Translations under genes and position numbers: made by a program
The notes under the pieces: model-generated
Seen by the model: only the letters and a program-made list of their open reading frames with translations
Database searches by the model: none
What the model was told of the DNA's origin: nothing
From: Candidatus Eiseniibacteriota bacterium
GTDB lineage: Bacteria > Eisenbacteria > RBG-16-71-46
Length of the DNA: 64,000 nucleotides
Assembly (NCBI GenBank): GCA_963707915.1
Contig: OY970178.1
Location: 192,001 to 256,000, forward strand
Direction: 5' to 3'
Part shown: piece by piece, positions 49,286 to 59,258 of the stretch
Layout of the letters: each line of letters starts with the position of its first letter
How positions within the stretch are numbered: position 1 is the first letter of the stretch

Positions 49286-50728
49286 ATGAAGCCGACGACG
49301 ATGCCAGTGACCGAAGCGAGACCGGAACCGCAGACGGGGGGCACGGGGGCCGCGGCGCCGAGGTTGACGGCCTGCCTGCTCGAGCGCGAGATCGGCCGGC
49401 CGGCCGCGGCCTGGACGGTGGACGACCTGCTGGCGCTCGCCGCCGGGCGCGGCGTGCGCCTGGTGAGCCTGATGCACGTGGGCGGCGACGGCTGCCTCAA
49501 GGTCCTGGACTTCGTGCCGCAGAGCCGCGAACACCTGCGCGACATCCTCTCCGGGGGCGAGCGGGCCGACGGCTCGAGCCTGTTCGCCGGGCTCGGTCTC
49601 GAGGTCGGGGCCTCGGACATCCTGCTGCGGCCGCGCGTCGAGACCGCATTCCTCGACCCGTTCGCGGCCCAGCCCACGCTGGCCTTGCTGTGCGGACACG
49701 CGGGGCGCGACGGCGACAGCCTGCCCCAGTCGCCCGACACCATCGTGCGGCGGGCCGCCGCGCGGACGGCGAGCGAACTGGACGTCGACCTGCACGCGCT
49801 GGGCGAGGTCGAGTACTTCCTCGGCCGTCGCGCGGGCGAGGAGGACGCCTACGGCGCGAACGACCGCGGCTACCACGCCACCTCGCCGTTCGTCTTCGGC
49901 GAGGCGCTGCGGCGCGAGGCCATGGCCCTGCTGGCCGAGATCGGCGTGCCGGTCAAGTACGGGCACAGCGAGGTGGGCTACGTCCAGGCCACCGAGTCGG
50001 ACGGGTACATCTGGGAGCAGCACGAGATCGAGCTCGGGCTCGCCCCGCTCGCCGCCGCCGCGGACGCGGTGGTGCTCACGCACTGGGTGCTGCGCAACCT
50101 CGCCTACCGCGAGGGCATGCGCTGCAGCTTCGATCCGATCCTGCGCCGCGGTCACGCCGGCACCGGCCTGCATTTCCATTTCTCGCCGGTCCGCGACGGG
50201 GCCCACCTCGGCGGGCGCGGTGCGGACGGGACGCTGAGCGCGCCCGCGCAGTGGCTGATCGCCGGGCTGGTGCGCATGGGCGGGGCGCTGATGGCGTTCG
50301 GCAACCGCACCGAGGGCTCGCTCATCCGCCTCACGCAGGCCAAGGAGGCGCCCAACACCATCGTCTGGGGCGAGTTCGACCGCAGCGCGCTGGTGCGGCT
50401 GCCGATCGTGGCGACGACCACCGACGGCCGCGCGGTCAGCCCGCCGACCATCGAGTTCCGGCTGCCCGACGGTTCGGCCCACCCGCACCTGCTGCTCGCG
50501 GGCGTCGCCCAGGTGATGATCGAGGCGCGCTCGGTCGGGCACCTCGAGGCGTTGCTCGAGCGCACCTCGGTGAAGGCGCTCAAGCGCGGGGCCGGGACCG
50601 CCACGCCCGTGCCGACGCGGTTCCTGGAGGTGGCGCAGGCGCTCCAGGCGAGCCGCTCCGCGCTCGAGGCCGGCGGGGTCTTCCCGCCGGTGCTGCTGGA
50701 TCGGTTCATCGAGCGGTTGAGGGCCTGA
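49286..50728 (+). CDS. glnA: Glutamine synthetase family protein (type I-like)
   Basis: DGSS, GEVEYF, HSEVG, QHEIE, GTGLHFH, RL...EAP, RSALVR and EFR.PD motifs. Confidence 0.82.
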   Translation: MKPTTMPVTEARPEPQTGGTGAAAPRLTACLLEREIGRPAAAWTVDDLLALAAGRGVRLVSLMHVGGDGCLKVLDFVPQSREHLRDILSGGERADGSSLFAGLGLEVGASDILLRPRVETAFLDPFAAQPTLALLCGHAGRDGDSLPQSPDTIVRRAAARTASELDVDLHALGEVEYFLGRRAGEEDAYGANDRGYHATSPFVFGEALRREAMALLAEIGVPVKYGHSEVGYVQATESDGYIWEQHEIELGLAPLAAAADAVVLTHWVLRNLAYREGMRCSFDPILRRGHAGTGLHFHFSPVRDGAHLGGRGADGTLSAPAQWLIAGLVRMGGALMAFGNRTEGSLIRLTQAKEAPNTIVWGEFDRSALVRLPIVATTTDGRAVSPPTIEFRLPDGSAHPHLLLAGVAQVMIEARSVGHLEALLERTSVKALKRGAGTATPVPTRFLEVAQALQASRSALEAGGVFPPVLLDRFIERLRA

Positions 50729-50785
50729 GGCGGCGGCGGGCCCGCAGCCCCGCGGCCGCGCGCCCCTCGGGGCGCCCGGGTCTGA

Positions 50786-50821
50786 ACGAAGACGGCCGGG
50801 CACGCGCCCGGCCGTCTTCGT
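50786..50821. terminator. Perfect 16-bp stem hairpin between convergent genes
   Basis: ACGAAGACGGCCGGGC-ACGC-GCCCGGCCGTCTTCGT. Confidence 0.7.
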
Positions 50822-50838
50822 GAGCGTCGCGACGCGCC

Positions 50839-52190
50839 TCAGGCCTTGCCGGCCAGCGCCTCCTCGATGGTCGAGCAGTCCACCAGGCCGGCGCAGCCGT
50901 AGAGCACGGGCAGCAGCTTCGCGGGCGCGTGGCGGCGACGCAGGTCGGCGACCAGGTCGGTGCCGGCGCGGTAGCACGGCAGGTACATGCGCCCCATCAG
51001 CGGGTGCTTGCCCCACGCCCCGGCGAACTTGCCGGCGCGCTCCTCGGAGACCAGGAAGTCGCGCCGCAGCACCGGCGCCACCTCCTTCTCCGCCAGGCGC
51101 TCCTGCCACGTCAGGTACGAGGCCTGGTTCTTGGCGTCGTCCTGCAGCAGCGCCAGCAGCAGGCCGATCTTGAGGTCGTCGTCGGGGACCTGCTCCAGCT
51201 CGGTCACGCCGTGGGCGATGAGGATGGCGTTGTTGGCGATGCCCTCGGAGAGCGTGGCCCCGCGGGTGTTCATGGTGAGCACCGAGGCCTCGAAGCCGAT
51301 CTGCTTGCGCCAGTAGAGGTCCTGCAGGAACGCGAAGGTGGTGACGTGGCCGGGCACCACCTCGTGCGAGACCAACTGCTCGAACTCGGGCACCGTGATC
51401 TGGAGCGACGCGTTGATCTCGTACGAGGCCTCGTACTCCGGCCGGCCGCCGGGGCGGCGCTTGCGGCCCAGGTAGTTCATCGAGCCCGAGAACCATGCGT
51501 CCTTGATGGGCAGGAACTCGATGTTGTCCATCGGCACGTCGCCCATCTCGCTTGGCAGGAACGGGCGCAGGTTGCGCTCGGCCAGCGCGCGGTAGTGGGC
51601 GATGTAGGCGGCGCCGACCGACCGCACGCACGCCATCGGCACGTAGCGTGCGCCGCGCCAGGCGTCCACCGCGGCGAGCAGGTCGCGCGTCGCCCTTCGA
51701 CGGGTGGCCGACGCGGGCGAGCAGTTCCTGCACCTGGCCGCGCTTGGCCGCCGGGTCCGAGGGCGAGGGCGGCTGGCCGGTCGAGGCCAGCACGCAGCGC
51801 TCGTAGGGCACGGGCTGGCCCTTGCCGAGGATCTCCATCGCCAGGTCCCACATCACCTCGAAGCGACTCGGCCATCCCCGCGACGTAGCGCCCGCGCAGG
51901 CCGGGGAGCTCCTTCGCCTCGGCGCCGAGGGCGGCGATGGCGCCGCGCACGTCCACCGCGGCGAGGTAGGCCTCGATCGCGGCGCGGTCGGGCGCCTTCG
52001 CCGAGACCCCGCCGCCGTCGCGCACGGGCGCGGCGGTGGGGTGCGTGTAGGCGAGCGGCATGGGGGCGTCGGAGAACCACGAGTCGGCGATGAAGCGCCC
52101 CAGGCCGGAGGGGTTCATGACGTCGCCGCCCCACAGGGTGTCGATGCCGAGGACGGCGTTGGCGACGTGCTCGTCGAAGCGCTGGCTCAT
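50839..52190 (-). pseudogene. DUF885-like putative metallopeptidase with two +1 frameshifts (~51863, ~51685)
   Basis: Three ORF pieces join to 449 aa; HEVVPGH and LSEG motifs; GGAGG RBS. Confidence 0.65.
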
Positions 52191-52468
52191 GGAGCCTCCT
52201 CGTGGCCGGACCCGGGGCGGCGCGCGCGGGCGTGGCGGGGCTGGATGGAATCGCGATCTGCGGTCGGTCCCACCCGCCGGTGGCGGGTGGTGCCCGGGCA
52301 GTCTAGCCCGGCCGGTTCGTGAACCGCCAGCGCGAGGCGCGCCCGCTGCCGCCCGGGGAGGTGGCGGGGTGGCCCCCGGGCGGCCCGGAGACACGAACGC
52401 GCCCGGACCGCTTCATGGGTTCGGGCGCGTCGCTGTGGGCGGGGAGACCCGCCCATGTTCCGCCGAAG

Positions 52469-52525
52469 CTAGCGGCGGATCCACCACAGCAGATCGATGA
52501 ACATGACGATCAGGCCGAATTCCAC
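52469..52525 (-). CDS. Putative 18-aa hydrophobic small protein MEFGLIVMFIDLLWWIRR
   Basis: GGAGGT 5 nt before GTG; TAG stop; below the ORF-track cutoff. Confidence 0.5.
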   Translation of the reverse strand: MEFGLIVMFIDLLWWIRR

Positions 52526-52630
52526 GGTCCACCTCCGCAGGGAGGGTGGCGCGCTCTTCGCGCGGTCAACCGTTCGAATCGGCCGTCCGTGGGTTGGCGT
52601 CACGGACGGGGGAAGCGGCTTCCTGTCGCT

Positions 52631-55105
52631 TCACCTCGTATAGTCGGCACCCTGCTCCTGGAACTTTAGCTCCTCCTGGCGCGGCCCGGGCGACGGGCGG
52701 GCGGCCTGGGTCAACTGCTTGAGCACCACGACGGTCACGTCGTCGAGGGGTTGGTCGGTGAAGGCCTGGACCTCGGCCAGCAGCACCCGCAGGATCTCGG
52801 CCGCCCCCTTGCGGGCATTGGCCTCGAGTGCGCGGCGGACCCCCTCGGTGCCGAACTCCTCGTTGCCGCGCCGGGCCTCGGTCAGCCCGTCCGAGTAGAG
52901 CACCAGGATGTCGCCGGCCTCCAACTCGACGCTGTAGTCCTCGTACTGCGCCCGGGGAGCGACCCCGAGCAGGACGCCGCTCTGGCTCAACTCCTCGAAG
53001 CGGCCGTCGCGCCGTCGCAGCAGCGGCGGCGTGAGCCCCGCGTTGGCGAAGGTGAGCCGGGCGGGCCGCACGTCGACCCGGGCGCAGAGCAGGGCCACGA
53101 ACGCCTCCGGCTGGTTCAGCGCCACCAGGTCGCGGTTGAGGGCGGAGAGCAGCTTGCCGGGGGGGACGCCCTGGCGCGCCCGGTCGCGGAAGGCGGCGTG
53201 CGCCCAGGTCCCCATGAGCGCGGCGGGGATGCCCTTGCCGGCCGCGTCGCCCACCGCCAGCGTCACCACCGGGCCGGGGCTGCGAACGAAATCGTAGTAG
53301 TCGCCCCCGATCGACTCCGAGGAGAGCGCGGCGGCGGCGCAGTCGAGCGAGCGGAACACGGGCACGCGCCGCGGCAGCAGGTGCGCCTGGATGGCGCCGG
53401 CCCTGGAGAGTTCGCGACCCATCGAGCCGTGCGTGGTCGCCGCCGCGCGCAGGCGCGCGTTCTCGAGCAGCACCGCGAGGTGCCCCGAGAAGCGCTTCAG
53501 CTCGCGCTGCTCCTCGAGACCGAACCACGAGCCGCCCAGGCGCCGGCCCAGCAGCAGGCAATGCCGCAAGGTCCCGCCCACGGGCAGCAGCCACGCCACG
53601 CCCGAGCGCTCGAGCGCACGACGGTCGGGCGCCCGCAGGCGCAGCTCTTCGAGCGCCAGGACCCCGCCGCTCTCGGGCAGGGCGGCGGTGAAGTCGGTGT
53701 CCGGCGGGGGCACCGCGGTCGTCCCGGTCCGCCCGGCGGTGCGCAGCATCCCGCCGCGGGCGAGCTCGAGCGCCACGCAGCCCTCGAGGTGGAACGCCTC
53801 GGCCAGCGCCTCACAGGCGGCCCTGGCGACGTGGGCCGGGTCGTCGCGGTGCGCGGTGATCCGGCCGTCCAGCCGCTCGGTGGCGGTGGCCTCGTCGGGC
53901 ACGAAGCGCTGCCCGAGCGTGCGCAGCCAGCGGCTGGTCGGGCCGGCCACCGCGGCGGTGAGGGCCACGAAGGCCAGGCCGCCGCCGGCGAGACCGGAGC
54001 CCAGGTCCTGCCGCCATGCCCCGCCGAGCCACTCGCCGGCCATGTACACGGTCGCACCCACGATGGCCAGGGCGACGAGCACGACGCCGACGCGCAGGGC
54101 CACCCTGAACTCGAACACCCGGTGGACGGCCGTGGCCCAGGCGAAGGAGGCGGGCACGAGCAGGGTGAGGAGCACGGCGAGTCGCTCGCCCGGGGCGGGA
54201 CCGCCCGGCGAGAGATTGCGCACCGCGACCAGGGCGGCGAAGGGCAGTGCGCCGAGCATGGTTCCCGCCAGCGCGACGCGCAGGCGCCGTCGCGCGTCGG
54301 TGGTGGCCGCGCGACGATAGGAACCCGCGAACAGGACGAGCGCCGCCAGCAGGCCGAGCGCGAACCACAGGCCGGCGACGCCTTCGATCAACGCCTGCGC
54401 GGCGTCGGCCGGGGCCGGGAACACGGGCTCGGCCAGCATGATGAGGAACGACGCGCCGAAGAGCCCGGTGGCGATCCCGTAGGCGATGGAGGTGGCCGAT
54501 CGTAGGCGGCCCCGCGGCTGCCCCGATTCGGGGAACAGCGCGAAGAAGTGGATGAAGAGCGCGGGAAGGTAGAGCCCCACGCCGGTGTAGAGCGAATCGT
54601 AGAGCGCGCCCGAGGCCGCGCTGCTCAGGCGCGGCGGCGGGGCCAGCAGCCAGGCGAAGGCCACGCACAGGAGGAAGAAGGTGCGCGCCAGGCGATCGCG
54701 CCGCTCGCTCCAGACCCAGCCGCCGATCAGCACGAACCCCGACGCCACCGCCAGCAGGGCGGCCATCATGCGCCGCTCACCCTGGGGCAGGGGCTCGGGG
54801 ACCAGGCGGATGATGGCGATGCTGCTCCCGCGCTCGCGCAACAGGTCCATGGGTTGGCCCGGGGCCGTGTAGGCGAGCGGCGAGCGGGTGAACGGCGGTT
54901 GGCCGCTCAGGGGCAGCAACTGGTCGCCGTGGGCGAGCCCGGCACGCTCGGCGGGGCCGCCGGGGACCACGGCCGCCACGCGGTCGCCGCGCAGCACGAG
55001 TCCGGCGTAGGGCTGGTGGGGAAGGCTCAGGGCCGACAGGATCAGCCCGGTGGTGACCGGCACCAGCAACCAGGACAGGAGGGGTGACGAAGTGCCGCGA
55101 TCCAT
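52631..55105 (-). CDS. PDZ + multi-TM + SpoIIE (PP2C) phosphatase
   Basis: GGPAERAGL PDZ motif, TM segments, GGDYYD, GDAAGKG, SDGLTE and DDVT; GGAGG RBS. Confidence 0.85.
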   Translation of the reverse strand: MDRGTSSPLLSWLLVPVTTGLILSALSLPHQPYAGLVLRGDRVAAVVPGGPAERAGLAHGDQLLPLSGQPPFTRSPLAYTAPGQPMDLLRERGSSIAIIRLVPEPLPQGERRMMAALLAVASGFVLIGGWVWSERRDRLARTFFLLCVAFAWLLAPPPRLSSAASGALYDSLYTGVGLYLPALFIHFFALFPESGQPRGRLRSATSIAYGIATGLFGASFLIMLAEPVFPAPADAAQALIEGVAGLWFALGLLAALVLFAGSYRRAATTDARRRLRVALAGTMLGALPFAALVAVRNLSPGGPAPGERLAVLLTLLVPASFAWATAVHRVFEFRVALRVGVVLVALAIVGATVYMAGEWLGGAWRQDLGSGLAGGGLAFVALTAAVAGPTSRWLRTLGQRFVPDEATATERLDGRITAHRDDPAHVARAACEALAEAFHLEGCVALELARGGMLRTAGRTGTTAVPPPDTDFTAALPESGGVLALEELRLRAPDRRALERSGVAWLLPVGGTLRHCLLLGRRLGGSWFGLEEQRELKRFSGHLAVLLENARLRAAATTHGSMGRELSRAGAIQAHLLPRRVPVFRSLDCAAAALSSESIGGDYYDFVRSPGPVVTLAVGDAAGKGIPAALMGTWAHAAFRDRARQGVPPGKLLSALNRDLVALNQPEAFVALLCARVDVRPARLTFANAGLTPPLLRRRDGRFEELSQSGVLLGVAPRAQYEDYSVELEAGDILVLYSDGLTEARRGNEEFGTEGVRRALEANARKGAAEILRVLLAEVQAFTDQPLDDVTVVVLKQLTQAARPSPGPRQEELKFQEQGADYTR
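52641..52668 (-). promoter_or_regulatory. Possible sigma28-type promoter within the 3' end of the SpoIIE gene
   Basis: TAAA-N16-GCCGACTA, pointing at the sORF. Confidence 0.4.
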
Positions 55106-55258
55106 GCGGACCTCCCGGTGCGGTTCGTGGGCCGATGCGGTGTCGGGGCGGACTTGCGCGGCCGGCGCCACGTACAGACCGTGACAGGCTACCAACCGCC
55201 GGACGCCTGTCAATGCCTCATTTGCGCCGGTCGAGGGTCCCCGGGCGCGGCGCCGCGA

Positions 55259-56155
55259 CTAACTGCCGGACTCGACGCGCCGCTTGAGGATCTCCCAGCG
55301 CGCGTCCACCTCGTGCTGGAGCTGCCGCTCCTGCCCGGGAGCCAGGCCCGCAAAGCGGCCCTGGCGGCGGAAGCAGGGTGCGACCGGGTCGCCGGGGTGG
55401 TCGGCGGTGAGACGCCAGAGCTGCCCCTTCTCGACCTCGAAGAGCGGGAACAGGCGGGTCCGCACCGCCTGGCGCGCCAGGTCGATGGTCTCGTCATCGG
55501 AGATCCTCCAGCCCGGCGGGCAGGGCGCGAGGACGTGCAGGAACCTCGTGCCGCGGATGGCCCTGGCCTTCTGCACCTTCTCGACGAGGTCCACCGGGTG
55601 GGAGACCGAGGCGGTCGCCGCGTAGGGGATGCGGTGCGCGGCGAGGATGCCGACCAGGTCCTTCCCGAGGTGGGATGCCGGCGGGCCGGCCGGCCTGCCG
55701 GCACCTCGCATGCCCCACGGCAGGGCCGGGGAGCAATCGATCCCGGTGGCCATCCCGGCCTCGTCGTCGTGGCAGACGTAGAGGATGTCCTCGTTGCGCT
55801 CCGCCGCGCCCGACAGGGCCTGCAGTCCGGCACCGGAGGTGTCGCCGACATCCGCCCAGGCCAGCACGGTCGTGTCGCGATCGCCCCGCGCATCGAGCGC
55901 GGCACGGATGCCCGCGGCCGTGGCGGCGGCGGCCCCCGGTGCCATGCGCAGGTGCGGCACACCCAGCGCCGACATCGGCGCCGGGCCGGGGAGGACGGTC
56001 CAGCAGCACTCCGGCAGCGTGACGACGGTCTTCGGGCCGAGGGCCTTGAGCACGAGCCGCATGGCGATGCTGCCGCCGCAGCCCGGGCAGCCCACGTGCC
56101 CGGACGCCAACAGCTCGACGGCCGGGATGCTGTCCTTGATGACCGGCTGGCTCAC
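55259..56155 (-). CDS. PorB-like 2-oxoacid:ferredoxin oxidoreductase beta subunit with degenerate ThDP motif
   Basis: GH.GCPGCG, GLQALSGAAERNEDILYVC, IPYAATAS and PCPPGW; the GDG and DNEAYMNTG motifs are altered. Confidence 0.82.
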   Translation of the reverse strand: MSQPVIKDSIPAVELLASGHVGCPGCGGSIAMRLVLKALGPKTVVTLPECCWTVLPGPAPMSALGVPHLRMAPGAAAATAAGIRAALDARGDRDTTVLAWADVGDTSGAGLQALSGAAERNEDILYVCHDDEAGMATGIDCSPALPWGMRGAGRPAGPPASHLGKDLVGILAAHRIPYAATASVSHPVDLVEKVQKARAIRGTRFLHVLAPCPPGWRISDDETIDLARQAVRTRLFPLFEVEKGQLWRLTADHPGDPVAPCFRRQGRFAGLAPGQERQLQHEVDARWEILKRRVESGS

Positions 56156-57321
56156 GACTGCACCCCCACCCAGATGTCCTCGCGCTCGCCCGCCGCGGGG
56201 CGCTTCGCCGCGGTGCGCGCGCGTTCGATGCATTCGAGGACCGCCGCGCGGCCGGCGTCGCGGCCGCCCGGCCCGACGAGGCAGCCCTGGACTGAGGGGC
56301 GATGCGCGCCGTCGGCATCGTACAGGGCCGCGCGGGTCTCCCCGGCGAGGATGCCGCCGTGCCCGGGCGAGAAGTCGCGGTCGAGCACGACGACCTGCGG
56401 GGTGCCGGCGAGCGCGGTACGGAGCGCGGCGGCGGGGAAGGGGCGGAAGAGGCGCACCTTCACCAGCCCGACCTGCTCGCCCCGGGCGCGCAGCTCGTCC
56501 ACCACCTCGCGAGCCGCCGAGGCGACGGTGCCCGACACCACCAGCACCAGGTCCGCGCCCTCCGCCTGGTAGCTCTCGACGGCGCCGTAGCGCCGTCCGA
56601 AGCGGCGGCCCCAGTCCTCGTCCACGGCGGCGAGCGTCGCGAGCGCCTCCGCCATCGCCTGCTGGTGGCGATGCCGCTCCTCCGTGCCGGGCGCGGGGGG
56701 GACCAGCGGGCGGAGGCCATCGGCGTCTTTGGCGCCCGGCGGCCCGGCGCGGCGCCCCGGCAGGAAGGCATCCACGTCGGCCGGCTCGGGGACGACCACC
56801 GGGCCCTTGGCGGACGCGGCCGGGACGGCATCCAGGACGACCATGACCGGCAATTGCACGTTCTCGGCCAACTTGAAGGCCTGGATCGTGGAGTCGAGCG
56901 CTTCCTGGCCGCTCTCGCAGTGGATCTGGATCCAGCCGGTGTCGCGCTGCGCGAGGCCGCGGTCCGGCTCGGTCCACGCCACCCGGCCTCTTACCGAGGC
57001 GCCAGGGACGCTGGCCATCACGATCGGCAGCCGGGCCGCGGCCGCCCGGATCAGCAGCTCGTGCATGAGGGCCAGGCCCGGCGCCGAGGTCGCCGCGAAG
57101 GTGCGGGCCCCCGCGAACGACGCGCCGATGCTCGCCGCCAGGGCCGATGCGTCCGACTCGGCCCGGACCAGGCGCGCCTTCAGCTCCCCGGCCGCGCACC
57201 GCTCGCTCAACGACTCCAGGAGCACGGCCTGGGGCATGGCCGGGCAGGCCGCGACGACCTCGGCGCGAGCCAACTGCACGCCCCACGAGAAGGCCTGGCT
57301 GCCGGTGATGGCCGGCTTCAC
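56152..57321 (-). CDS. PorA-like alpha subunit with degenerate active site
   Basis: GARTFAATSAPGLALMHE, QRDTGWIQ, LPVMV and RLFRPFP; YPITP is replaced by CPAMP. Confidence 0.82.
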   Translation of the reverse strand: MKPAITGSQAFSWGVQLARAEVVAACPAMPQAVLLESLSERCAAGELKARLVRAESDASALAASIGASFAGARTFAATSAPGLALMHELLIRAAAARLPIVMASVPGASVRGRVAWTEPDRGLAQRDTGWIQIHCESGQEALDSTIQAFKLAENVQLPVMVVLDAVPAASAKGPVVVPEPADVDAFLPGRRAGPPGAKDADGLRPLVPPAPGTEERHRHQQAMAEALATLAAVDEDWGRRFGRRYGAVESYQAEGADLVLVVSGTVASAAREVVDELRARGEQVGLVKVRLFRPFPAAALRTALAGTPQVVVLDRDFSPGHGGILAGETRAALYDADGAHRPSVQGCLVGPGGRDAGRAAVLECIERARTAAKRPAAGEREDIWVGVQS

Positions 57322-59156
57322 GGCCGCTCCTCGAGCATGACCCTGGCGCCGCGCGGGCACTCCGCCACGCACAGGCCACAGCCCTTGCAGCACTGCTCGG
57401 AGAGGAGGACGCCGTGCCCGCCCGGGTTGCGCTGGATGGCCCGGTCGGGGCAGAAGGCGAGACACAGCTCGCACTCGTTGCAGACCCCGCATTCGAAGCA
57501 GCGGCGCGCCTCGGCGAGCGCCTCGTTGGCGGTGAGGCCGAGGTTGGCCTCGGCGAAGGTGGTGCGGCGCTCTTCGAAGGAACGGTGCCGGTCGGGCTTG
57601 CCGGGCACGCTCTTGAAGTGCGCCAGGTTGAGGCGCTCGAGCGGCACCACCTCGTTCACCGCGCCGGCGCGGCGCACCGGGTCGTCCCCCCGCCAGCGGG
57701 TGACGCTGAAGTTGCCGGTGCCGCCGTAGCGCAGCGCCCTCGATTCGACCTCGGGGAGGGTCTCGCCCGCCTTCCCGCGCAGGTAGCGGTCGATGCCGAT
57801 GGCCGCCCGCTTGCCCGAGCCGAGCGAGTGCGCCACGGTGCGGGTCTCGCCGGTGACGTCGCCCCCGGCGAAGAAGCCGGCGTGATTGGTGCTCCCGAAC
57901 TCGTCCACCTTGACGACGTAGCCCTTGCGCGTGATCTCCGCCGGCAGGAAGTCCAGGTCCGGCTCCTCGCCCAGCGCGGTGAGCAGGGTGTCCGCCGGGA
58001 GGACGAAGTTGCTGCCCGGGACCGGCAGCGCGCGACGTTCGCCGGATAGGCCCGCTTCGGCGGCGCGGGTGCGCATGCACTCGACGCCCACCAGGCGCGC
58101 CCGCGGCCGGTCGCGCTCGCTCTCGACGTACATGACGCGGATGGCCTCGATCGCCTCCTCCTGCTCGGCGTGCCCGGAGGTCTGCACGGCCACCGGCCAG
58201 GCCTCGAACTCGAAGCGGACGCCTTCGCGGACGGCCTCCTCGTAGGCCTCCGTGCTGGCCGAAAGGTCGGCGCGCGTGCCGTGGCAGACCACCACCGGCT
58301 CCGCGCCGAGCCGCAGCGCGGTGCGGGCGCAGTCCACCGCCGTGTCGGTGCCGCCGACCACCACGACCCGGTGCCCGACGGTGCCGCGGTCGGCGACCTT
58401 CGCCTCGCGCAGGAACTCGAGACCGGGCCGGACGTCCGCGGGGTCCTGGCCGGCGACCTCGAACGGCCGGTTCACGCGCGCGCCGCTCGCCAGGAAGATG
58501 GCGTCGTAGGCATCCATGTCCTTCCACGAGAGGTCTCCGCCGACGCGCACGCCACAGCGGATGGCGACTCCCTGCGAGCGGATGCGCTCGATCTCCCTCG
58601 CCAGCACCTCGCGGGGCAGGTGGTACTCGGGAATGCCGTAGCGCAGCGCCCCTCCCGGCTCGGGCTCGGCCTCGAACACCTCGACCGCGTAGCCGAGTCG
58701 GGCCAGGTGATACCCACAGGACAGGCCGGCCGGGCCCGAGCCCACGATGGCCACCCGCTCCCTGCGGGTGCGCGCCGGGATGGGCGCGTGGGCCTCGGGT
58801 TCGAGGTCGCCCAGCATGCGTTCGACCGCGTGGATGTTCACCGCCTCGTCGAAGAGCGCACGGTTGCAGGCGGACTGGCAGGGATGGTCGCAGACCCGCC
58901 CGCTGACCGCCGGCATCGGGTTCTCGCGCAGCAGCAGGTCGCGGGCCTCCACCACCCGGCCCTCGCGCAGCAGGTTCATGGCGCCCTCGATGTCCGCGCC
59001 GACCGGGCAGGCGGCGTTGCAGGGAGCGACCATGTCATGGTGGGCGGGCCGGTAGCGCTTCGGCTCGACGGCGCGCTTCGCGACGGCCGGGTCGGCGGCC
59101 GCGGAGACGGACGGCTCGCCCTTCCGGTTGCCGCGCCCGGCCTGATCGTCGCTCAA
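57318..59156 (-). CDS. GltD/SudA-like FAD/Fe-S oxidoreductase with C-terminal ferredoxin (PorD-like) domain
   Basis: PCNAACP, GRVCDHPCQSAC, VGSGPAG, FAGGD and C-terminal Cys clusters; TTG start after GGAGGTG (start uncertain). Confidence 0.82.
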   Translation of the reverse strand: MSDDQAGRGNRKGEPSVSAAADPAVAKRAVEPKRYRPAHHDMVAPCNAACPVGADIEGAMNLLREGRVVEARDLLLRENPMPAVSGRVCDHPCQSACNRALFDEAVNIHAVERMLGDLEPEAHAPIPARTRRERVAIVGSGPAGLSCGYHLARLGYAVEVFEAEPEPGGALRYGIPEYHLPREVLAREIERIRSQGVAIRCGVRVGGDLSWKDMDAYDAIFLASGARVNRPFEVAGQDPADVRPGLEFLREAKVADRGTVGHRVVVVGGTDTAVDCARTALRLGAEPVVVCHGTRADLSASTEAYEEAVREGVRFEFEAWPVAVQTSGHAEQEEAIEAIRVMYVESERDRPRARLVGVECMRTRAAEAGLSGERRALPVPGSNFVLPADTLLTALGEEPDLDFLPAEITRKGYVVKVDEFGSTNHAGFFAGGDVTGETRTVAHSLGSGKRAAIGIDRYLRGKAGETLPEVESRALRYGGTGNFSVTRWRGDDPVRRAGAVNEVVPLERLNLAHFKSVPGKPDRHRSFEERRTTFAEANLGLTANEALAEARRCFECGVCNECELCLAFCPDRAIQRNPGGHGVLLSEQCCKGCGLCVAECPRGARVMLEERP

Positions 59157-59258
59157 ACCGCACCTCCCGGTCACCGGTCCTCGCCGCTCCCCGCGCCACC
59201 CGGCGGGCGGATGCGATCCGCCGGCCGAGGGGGCTTCCTGGTGAAAGACCCCCACGAG

